From IMG/VR virus record IMGVR_UViG_3300021197_001546: a stretch of 64,000 nt of DNA; one strand, written 5' to 3'. The notes under the pieces are model-generated. The model searched no databases. It was not told where the DNA came from and worked only from the letters and a program-made list of their open reading frames with translations. Positions 47,945 through 57,000 of the stretch are shown here, piece by piece (position 1 is the first letter of the stretch; every line of letters begins with the position of its first letter). This DNA is from an uncultured virus (IMG/VR IMGVR_UViG_3300021197_001546) (Duplodnaviria > Heunggongvirae > Uroviricota > Caudoviricetes). The position numbers were made by a program, and so were the translations under genes.

Positions 47945-50668
47945 ATGACGAATTTACCACCATCATCTTCAGGTCAGTTGAATTTAGCAGAATCCAGCCT
48001 GTTCATTGATGCTGGATTGCCTTGGCCTCTCCCAGCGGGAACTACAATAAAATGTATAGTTTCGGCCGCTGGTAGGATTGACGATGAGATTTGGGGTGAA
48101 ATAGATGGTGTAATTGATCTCAGTACAGCGTCCATCAGTATTGAAGAACCAGCCGAATCTGCCTCTAAATTTGTAGGATCGCTGACTCTGAATCTTTCGG
48201 ACATAATCACAACTGACGCTAATGCCAGCGTTCAAATTACAGATGATAATTACGACAACGTGGTATGGAAAGTATCTTCACGTCAGGAAACAACACCATC
48301 AGTTCCGTCAGGCGCCCGTTTCTTTACTGACATGAAACCAGTGGTACATTGGTTAGATCCAGGCTGGGAAGACTACGCGGAAGGACAAGAGGTTACTGTT
48401 CGACTTGCAGCAGAACATGTATATGGTATCGAAAGAATCGTGTTCACTACTAATGGTATCAGTAAATCAGTAACTACAAGAGACGGTGATGGATATTTTA
48501 GTCACACATATGTTCAACCGTTAGGTGAAGCAATAACAACTGCAACCGTAACACCGAACACGGCAGGTGTGGATATGGTGATGACGGGTAATACAGATAT
48601 CAATGATGCAGTTGGAGATCAGGACGGTCTTGTACTTGGTGGCATAAGAGGTTTTGTGACGTATGGAGGAAGGGTGGTTGATGTGGTTGACGTAGTGACT
48701 CAAGAAGAATTAAAGGATGCTCTTGATAGTCTCGTCGATGGAACCACACCCACTATAATCAATATCAATACGCCTGGTGTTTACTATCTGGCAGACGGCA
48801 ACGGTGATGATGAAAGACCAATTCCGACCAATGGTTGGGTTCGAATTCGTGGCACAGTTGACGGAGTTCAGTTCGCAAACCGATATGATAAATGCGATGT
48901 AGTTGGTCAAACTATCTCGAACAGAATTAAAAACTCTTACACTTATGAGTTCCAGGCTCTAGGATTCGAGAATGTAGAGTTTATTCAAGAAGGTAGATCT
49001 CAATTAGACTACGGAATAAATGCCAGCACTGGCGATCCATTCTTTAAAGAGCAATTGATATCACTTGCACCAGACATTTCACGAAACGAGAGTTTCAAAA
49101 CTAAACTGTATTATAAAAATTGTGTGTTTACTGGATGTGTTGAATACAGACCTGTGCTACCGAAAAATGACATCGATGAGGATCTGAATGGTACTCCAAT
49201 TGTTGATTATTCGGCTCCGAGGGATCTTCCCAATCCGACCGATCCGACCGTCTCCATTCAGGTCGGCGGTGCGGCCGGGGTAAACTATGAACTTGAACCA
49301 AGGAATGAAGACAGAGAATTTGACACAACTAACTCAAACTTCATGTCACCAGATACCCCTGTAATAGATGATTGGATCGACTCAAACGATGCAAAATGGG
49401 TAATCGACTGCACGGCAGACAATTTGGGAGTTGATAGTCCTATTCGAGGAAGACAGAAACAGTATGTCCTTGTTAGAGATATTCAGGTGGGAAATGTCGC
49501 GGATGACATTCTAACCAACACCGCGTGCTGTCTTGATATTAACATCGAAAATTTCAATGGAGGCGGAGATCCTCCTTCTCCTATGCACTCCGACCTATGG
49601 CAGGCATTCACGAACTTAACCGATGGTAGAGTCTATGGTAATATTCTACTCAAGAATATAACCTGTTGGATGGCATGGGAAGACGACGGAGACGCCAAGA
49701 AAGGTGCAGGACAGGCAATTTTCTGCGATGGTAACTGGGGAGGTGGAGTTGATGGTTTTGTTGTTATGGATTGTGAAATTGCATGTTCCGTAGGAACAGT
49801 GAAATTGAAGTTTAGACCCCACGAACAGACGATAAAGAATATGGTTTTCAGTGATTCGTCTCTGCTCAGAACAGGCGATCTCTGGGTCGGTCCCTCTAAC
49901 GATGACCCGAACCCACCTTACGGTGATGTCTTGTTTAGGAATTGTAAAAACGGTAGAAGCACGGACGCTCCAATATATGTGCCAGGTAATAGTGTCACAA
50001 ACCCTGAATTTGACGACAACCCTCTATCGGATTGGCGTGCAGATGGAACCCCCATTCCATATTGGTCACCATATAACGTACATATTCTTGGCGAGGGAGA
50101 CGAGTTTGCCTCAGAGCAGGGGGATGGAATACCAGAAGGCAGTCGGTCCATTTTATTAGATGGATGGGTTGCAGATCTCTCCGACGCAGAAACTGTTATA
50201 AGTGTTCCAGACGGTACAGTAGTGTTCCGTGCGCCATATGATATACCCAATGATACTTTTATGGGTGTTGCTGGCGGTGCAAAAATAGGATTAGTGGGAG
50301 CGGGCGAGGCTGGAAGCCGACTTGCATTTACTTTCGATGCGAGAAGTCAACAAGATGCATGGATAAGTGATTTTAATGGAAACACTGAGGGATTAGATGG
50401 ATTTGATGGAATCAAAATTACAGACGAGACAACTAATGAGAGTTGGAATTTCCTTATCGACAACCCCGATGACAATTCATTCGTGACTAGTGGACCCAGC
50501 GACGGAACTTATGCCAGATTATTGGAGAATGTAAGTGACGAGGGGCCGTCGCTGCAATCGGTATTACAAAATAACGTGGGACCATTCACTGTAGGGTCGG
50601 TGCCAAGATCATCAGCGACAAGACTACCAAACATCAAGGATGACAATGGTGGTTCGACTCCTCGTTGA
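47945..50668 (+). CDS. Large late protein with a putative beta-helix, paralogous to the C-half of 43304-47908
   Basis: GIERIVFTTNG, HSDLWQAF...GQAIF; TAAATA at 47911. Confidence 0.65.
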   Translation: MTNLPPSSSGQLNLAESSLFIDAGLPWPLPAGTTIKCIVSAAGRIDDEIWGEIDGVIDLSTASISIEEPAESASKFVGSLTLNLSDIITTDANASVQITDDNYDNVVWKVSSRQETTPSVPSGARFFTDMKPVVHWLDPGWEDYAEGQEVTVRLAAEHVYGIERIVFTTNGISKSVTTRDGDGYFSHTYVQPLGEAITTATVTPNTAGVDMVMTGNTDINDAVGDQDGLVLGGIRGFVTYGGRVVDVVDVVTQEELKDALDSLVDGTTPTIININTPGVYYLADGNGDDERPIPTNGWVRIRGTVDGVQFANRYDKCDVVGQTISNRIKNSYTYEFQALGFENVEFIQEGRSQLDYGINASTGDPFFKEQLISLAPDISRNESFKTKLYYKNCVFTGCVEYRPVLPKNDIDEDLNGTPIVDYSAPRDLPNPTDPTVSIQVGGAAGVNYELEPRNEDREFDTTNSNFMSPDTPVIDDWIDSNDAKWVIDCTADNLGVDSPIRGRQKQYVLVRDIQVGNVADDILTNTACCLDINIENFNGGGDPPSPMHSDLWQAFTNLTDGRVYGNILLKNITCWMAWEDDGDAKKGAGQAIFCDGNWGGGVDGFVVMDCEIACSVGTVKLKFRPHEQTIKNMVFSDSSLLRTGDLWVGPSNDDPNPPYGDVLFRNCKNGRSTDAPIYVPGNSVTNPEFDDNPLSDWRADGTPIPYWSPYNVHILGEGDEFASEQGDGIPEGSRSILLDGWVADLSDAETVISVPDGTVVFRAPYDIPNDTFMGVAGGAKIGLVGAGEAGSRLAFTFDARSQQDAWISDFNGNTEGLDGFDGIKITDETTNESWNFLIDNPDDNSFVTSGPSDGTYARLLENVSDEGPSLQSVLQNNVGPFTVGSVPRSSATRLPNIKDDNGGSTPR

Positions 50669-50700
50669 TACTAAATATGATAGAACCCACGGACTAATCA

Positions 50701-53700
50701 ATGATTAAGACAATAAACACCACCAATCCTATACTATCATTAAGTAATCAGTCTCTAATCGAGAGTGCCGGTCTCCCTTATCCTCTTCCAAACGGAACGA
50801 GCATATCGTGCAAGGTAATTGCTATTGGGGTGGATGATCTCAATCGCCCAAAAACTATAGAAAGCGAGACGCCTATTGTCAGGGTGGTAGCAGATTCGGA
50901 TCCAGGCGGAGATCCAGATGCACTGTTTCTCGATGACAGTCTTGCTGTATCTTTGGATTGGATTACAGAAAACGGTATGGCTACGGTCCAAATCGACAAT
51001 GGTGTTTACGATGCCATTGAGTGGGAGGTAACAGAAACCGCTCAAGCAGACAATCCACGCAGCGGTAATTTCCCAAATGAAATTGGAGTCAATCGAGGTA
51101 TTGCTACAAATTGGGAAACATGGTCAACATTTAAGAATGAAGTCGATAGTGGCGTGACTGATTTTGGGGGTCGTGCGTTTTACACTGACGCGGATGATAG
51201 AGACAGCATGACACTGCCTTCTGGTGTTACTATAAAAAACGCACAGTTCGCCGGCGGACCTAGATTAGATTGGTCATTTGACGATACTTCTGGTTACTGG
51301 GTCGCAGATCTTCCCTTGGACGGTGTGCCTGGCGATCGAGACGATCTATCGAGAGTAACTTCCTCTGCCTTGGACCCCCTTTGTATTCCAAGACTACAAA
51401 AAAATGTTCCCTTTCAAGCATGTTGGCCCATCAACCCCTATGATGATGTTTGGCCGTGGGACATAGGTTTATGGACAGAAAGTAGTGGTGGGTTCTGGAT
51501 TTCTGGTGCAAAGGGTGATGCAAACTCGATGCCGCCTGGTGGTGAATTTACGGTCGATAATTATCGAGCAACAAATATTGACACAAAATCGTGTGATGTG
51601 TTGACGGAGATATTTTGTAACGCAGAGCCAGGAGAATGTGGTGAGGCAACTTCTTCGCAATATCAATCGGGTAGTCTATCCATACTTGATTATAATCTAT
51701 ACAAGGGTGAAATACGAGGGCTTAAATTTACCGAAGCATCCATCGGAGCGTCTCGACTAGCAGAGTTGGATGCCATTTTTAGTCGTAACGATGCCTCTAA
51801 CATCCACATGATCATAAACTCTGATGCAAATGTTACCAAAGATTATAAATGTAGTGTTTGGTTGACAGAAGGAGACGCAGATCCAACAGGAACAGTGCTT
51901 CAAGCGGGAGAAAGATTCTTGGGGGTTCCTGGCACGTTGAATGCCGCCGGCCAGGCTGGTTCTTACAATTGGAACGGCTATATGCACTTCATTCTTACGG
52001 GAGATAAGGAGTTCATACAAGGTCGGGCCAATAAGTTTGCAGTAGAATATAATGGTGCTGGTAATCCTGGCAAGATATACTACAACCCACCAAACAATGA
52101 CTGGTTAGACGGTTCGGGTAATCCAGAGGCACTATATCCCGTTTCAACCACACTCTTTAACAATGATAATAATGTTGGTTGGGAAAATTGTGTTTTTCAC
52201 ACACAAGGTCAATTTTCAAGTTCTCCCGGTTTTATCATTCCAAACGGTGATGTAACAATGAAGAATTGTTTGTTCTTTGGTTGCACGATGATTGGCAGAA
52301 GCGGAAGATGGAACGCCGAGAGCAACTATTTTTGGTATCCGAACTTTAGTGGATTCCGTGGAATAGCACACGGATCACAGTTCAAAAATAATAATTTCTA
52401 TGGCTTACCAAGACAGAGTGCGATATACGCTAGTGGCACCGTGGGTGATCCTCAGGCAGACGGAAAAGTTCATCCCGTGCCGATGCAAGAAAGTATATTC
52501 GAAGGAAATTTCTTTGACATCACGTTCTCCAATCACGGTCAGGGTATATCTCTATATTTCAACGCATGGGGCAATGCAAATGTAAAAAATAATATTTTCC
52601 TCAATTGCGGGACTGCGATGTCATATCAACCTGCTTCGGCTGCTCTATCTGATCGGAACCCGTGGACTGGGAAGATGGTGTTTGAGAACAATTTAGTCAT
52701 CTATCAACAAAACTTCGGGAAAGGTCTGGGAGGTGGACAATCAACTTGGGCATTCAATGGTAAATCTGATGCACATATGCCTCCCGTTGTAGAAACGAAC
52801 TATGAAGTATTTAATCATGACCCAGTAAATAATCAAGATATACAGCAAGTAAGATATTGGAATAACACATGTATCGTTGATTTCAACCACCCATCTTGGT
52901 CCGATGGAGTTCTTCCAGAACGAACCATATCAAGTCTAGCCGATGGTTATAGAATAACCAAGGCAAAACATAGAAACTCTCAAGTTGTTTTTGCCAATAA
53001 TTTGGTTGTTGGTGCTGAAATTGTTCCAAATTCCGCTCAAAGTCAGTACGATCCACCTGTCTCCCAATTGCCCCCCAACAAGGGACATGTTCACTTTAAC
53101 AATTTAGTAACAAGGACAGACGGGGACGAAGTTGGAGGATCCTTCAACACATATGGGTATTATGATGCCAGATTCTCCAATGAAGAGCATGAAAGATTAT
53201 CACAGGCATATGATTTCGAGAACAACGAGGTAATCAATAGTACCACAACGGGTGCCCGTGATGGAGGGAAAATCGGTGTTCGTTGGGCACAGTATCCAAC
53301 GAAAGATGAATTAAAAACCATACCCATTAATTGGGCAGACACTTATGTGGGCAATGAAACAATTGATCGGTGGGGCGGAACCTCACAAGCAGAATATGAG
53401 AATGAACTTACTACATTCATCGACGCTGGGAACCGCGACCCACTGACCGTCAGTGGTGGAGATCAAAGACCATATGCTAATACTCCTACCTTAGTTCAGC
53501 AGGTGCTGATAGAAAGAGTAGACGGTAACGAGGTTGCGACTACCATTGTTGAGGATGAAGAAGTTTTTCAGTTTGCTCAAGATGGGAATGCTGATGTCGT
53601 GTTCACCACAAACGGTGCAAATGATGTCACTGTGTGTTGGTTTTGGCACGGAAATCATGCCGCTGAAGAAAACGATATCAATGGAAATCCTTGGGGTGCA

Positions 53701-54030
53701 ACGACAACTCCCACCAATGACAGAGTTTCATTCCCAAGTGACGGACGACGACTAGAGTATTATGATGCTTATGAAATAAGATTTGTCTATACCAGTGCAG
53801 ATGGAACCACTGTAAATGGCAGTGTGGGTGATGAGTATTCTTTCAAATTGTCTCCCGAAGGCGATCAGGTGTACGGTGTGCCAGTGGGAGAGATTTCAGT
53901 TAATGGACAACCGGCATATCTAAAAATTAATGGCTCAGGGTCAGATCAGGTCGGATCTGCGAATGGTATCCCATCATGGAACGTCGGAGATACGGTAGAG
54001 TATTTCATTTACAGGTTAGATCCAGCATAA
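50701..54030 (+). CDS. Large late protein with a putative beta-helix, paralogous to 39633-43307
   Basis: NHGQGISLYFNAW...KNNIFLNC...FENNL...WNNT...ARDGGKIGVRW; TAAATA at 50672. Confidence 0.65.
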   Translation: MIKTINTTNPILSLSNQSLIESAGLPYPLPNGTSISCKVIAIGVDDLNRPKTIESETPIVRVVADSDPGGDPDALFLDDSLAVSLDWITENGMATVQIDNGVYDAIEWEVTETAQADNPRSGNFPNEIGVNRGIATNWETWSTFKNEVDSGVTDFGGRAFYTDADDRDSMTLPSGVTIKNAQFAGGPRLDWSFDDTSGYWVADLPLDGVPGDRDDLSRVTSSALDPLCIPRLQKNVPFQACWPINPYDDVWPWDIGLWTESSGGFWISGAKGDANSMPPGGEFTVDNYRATNIDTKSCDVLTEIFCNAEPGECGEATSSQYQSGSLSILDYNLYKGEIRGLKFTEASIGASRLAELDAIFSRNDASNIHMIINSDANVTKDYKCSVWLTEGDADPTGTVLQAGERFLGVPGTLNAAGQAGSYNWNGYMHFILTGDKEFIQGRANKFAVEYNGAGNPGKIYYNPPNNDWLDGSGNPEALYPVSTTLFNNDNNVGWENCVFHTQGQFSSSPGFIIPNGDVTMKNCLFFGCTMIGRSGRWNAESNYFWYPNFSGFRGIAHGSQFKNNNFYGLPRQSAIYASGTVGDPQADGKVHPVPMQESIFEGNFFDITFSNHGQGISLYFNAWGNANVKNNIFLNCGTAMSYQPASAALSDRNPWTGKMVFENNLVIYQQNFGKGLGGGQSTWAFNGKSDAHMPPVVETNYEVFNHDPVNNQDIQQVRYWNNTCIVDFNHPSWSDGVLPERTISSLADGYRITKAKHRNSQVVFANNLVVGAEIVPNSAQSQYDPPVSQLPPNKGHVHFNNLVTRTDGDEVGGSFNTYGYYDARFSNEEHERLSQAYDFENNEVINSTTTGARDGGKIGVRWAQYPTKDELKTIPINWADTYVGNETIDRWGGTSQAEYENELTTFIDAGNRDPLTVSGGDQRPYANTPTLVQQVLIERVDGNEVATTIVEDEEVFQFAQDGNADVVFTTNGANDVTVCWFWHGNHAAEENDINGNPWGATTTPTNDRVSFPSDGRRLEYYDAYEIRFVYTSADGTTVNGSVGDEYSFKLSPEGDQVYGVPVGEISVNGQPAYLKINGSGSDQVGSANGIPSWNVGDTVEYFIYRLDPA

Positions 54031-54077
54031 ATCAGATACATAATAATGAATGGTCTCCACCCACTTGAGTAATAATT

Positions 54078-57000
54078 ATGTCCGTAGAAGAAACTCACAA
54101 TTTTAAATATGATCCATACACAGAATTTGTCACGCTTTCAGCAGACTTAATTTTTGATTCTTCTGTGGTTGATAATATAGAGCAAGAATTTCCTGTCCCG
54201 CAGTTAGACAGAAGAATTGCGATATCTCATGCGACAGAGGGAACTGCAAGAGTTCCGTATGCAATACAAAATTACTCTAGAGGAGAAACATTCATAATCT
54301 CCTCTGCTGATTGTAGTGCAGATGATGGTACTAATATAACTTCGTTTGTAAATACAACAACAGAAACTATTACCAGTACATTTGAGGCGTTTCTGGATCA
54401 GCAAGACGAATTTGGAATTGACCGTTCAACTTATCTAAATTCCAATTCAACGGGAACTGTTCTACTTAACATCGAACACCCATATTCTCTTGTTAATACC
54501 GACGAGATCGAGCAGATCGATCTGGTAAATTTTGCCGTAGGTATTATGAATAGAATACTTGCCATAAAATCACTACTTCCAAATATTAAAGTCGGTGTAT
54601 TAGGTTTGGGTCAACCACATCCACTCGGTGACGAGAGTAGCCTATTTTCTTCGTATCAATCTATACTTTCGATGACCCCTCACCCCGACGATTCTAGTAT
54701 TAAAATAATTGAATTGGTAGATTTGATAACTCCTGTTCTATATCAAGTTCAGGAACGAGGAACCGAAGAATGGAATAAGATATATCGAGGTGAACGATCT
54801 ATTCACATGAAAACAATATCTGATATTCTCCAATCATCAGGGAATAATAAACCGATCAAACCTGTAATGGCTTTTGAATATCAATCTGGTCCCCATGACG
54901 GAGACGATGCATCAGTTCTTAATAGAAATGAAATGCTCCTGTGTGATTCTAAAGATTTTATCTTTGTAGAAAACTCCCCGTCAGAATTCGATACTGCAAC
55001 AGGAAAAAGAATTGATCTGCTCAATACCATATATGATTCTGTCAGCGGATCAAATGGCATCATGATGTTAGATCAGGTGTTCCATAGAGACAACAAATAC
55101 AAATCCAATCTGGTAGAAGAAAACCCATTCAAAGAATGGCCAGGTGGATCTGTACTACAACAAGTATATCAAAAAAGACGCATGGATATCTGGTCTGATA
55201 ATAGAATAGGATTCTTATTTGGTGGTAATGAAATAGATTCAACCGTCTCCCTTGATGGAACAACTATCGATTTTAATTCAGATGCGTCCAAGAGTCTGCT
55301 CATGTCTTTGAGTGAAGGTGATTACAGAGCGTACATCGACGAATACGTCCAAAATGTCTTTTCGTACATCAACAAAAACCTTATCCTATCAAAGTTTAAA
55401 AGAGCAAAAGAACCACAGAATATTCTATGTCTCGACATACAACATAAATTATTCGACATGATGTTCAGTTCAGAAGTTGGTGGTTGGGGAATCAGAAATG
55501 GTGTTACTGCTAGAGACATCGACAATGAAGTACCTCACGATAACGGGACATATCAACCTATAGAAATGTTCTTTGATCTTGATGATCCCACAAAACCTTT
55601 TGGTTCCTGTAGTCCTAATTTCAGATTCTATATCATACAAGACGCTCTTGTTCGAATTTCGAACATGATGAGAGGTATGGTTGGCCACAATAGAGTCACC
55701 ATCTACAACGCGCCATTCAATATTGTTCCAGAAGATATCTTGAACTTGATTGACCCTAGTAAAAACAACTTAGGCGAGACTGAGTTACAAAACGCATTCA
55801 ATTACGCATGGAATAGCCGAGATCTGAAACCGCTAACTGACGCGGTAGGATATTCTTTTCATGGTTGGCAACCATCACCACCAGCACACAAGAAAAATCT
55901 GTTTGACTCTCTAGTCACAACCTATGCTAACGTGGTAGGTGAACGTGGAATTCTTTTGTGTGGGACTTACTACAACGCATACGATGCTGGCACTAATCTC
56001 ATAGACTTTACCCAAGACGGGTGGTCGGGTCTTGATCTTTCGTATAGAGGAACAGGAGAATACACAACGGCAGGAAACGATGTGGGAGTCGGATTCTACC
56101 CAATCAACGGCGGTGTTATCAAGTACATCGCAGAACAGATTAATGATAAAGGCGTGCTAGGTGTCATTTTACCTGAGTTTGATATCAGCAATGCGATCAC
56201 AAATAAATTAGATCTGAATCAAGCGGATGTGATGAATAATTCTTTAGGTCCCGCTCAAGGACATATCTACACCGTAGATCAAACTGACACTGATACTCAC
56301 AGAAAAAACAAGAAGATGTTTTATCAGTGGTATTTCGGTAATCAACTAGGAGGTCTGATTGAATCTCCGTTACCCCTCAATATAATCGCAAATGAAACAC
56401 ATTTCTTCAAGCCAGACAGAAGACCGATGTTCATTCATTATTGGGCAGCGAACGGTAGTCGTGATGTTTGGAAACTGAACAGCCAAAATGTGGCCACAAA
56501 TACACCTCCCGCATGGTTAACAAATCCAAATGCAACTAGTGCAGAACAAGATTATATCTGGTGGTGGAAAGAAAACATTGGCGAAAAACTTTATGAACTC
56601 GGTGCAAGAAGGATTACAGTTCGTGATCCAAACGGAGACACACCGGGATTAAATCAGAGAGGCTTCGGAATTCCAGCATCCAACTGGACGACGGGCGAAT
56701 CGTTTGCTGGTCACAAATTCAACGATGCCGATAACTACTTTGATGATACCGCATATGAACCACCATTCTATGATACCATACTTACTCCTGATGAACCTGA
56801 TCGAGTAAATGGGACTTTACAGGATCGATCCGAGTCATGGAAAAAGTATATCAAACCTTGGCTGTTAGAAAAACAAGCCTTAGGTGATCCTATTGATTTT
56901 CGAATCTACGATGGGTATCAGGTTGTCATGTTCGGAGAAGAGAATGGAACATTAGACAGAGATCCCGAATCTAAAATAGCGGTTCCTGCCTCCGGTAATC

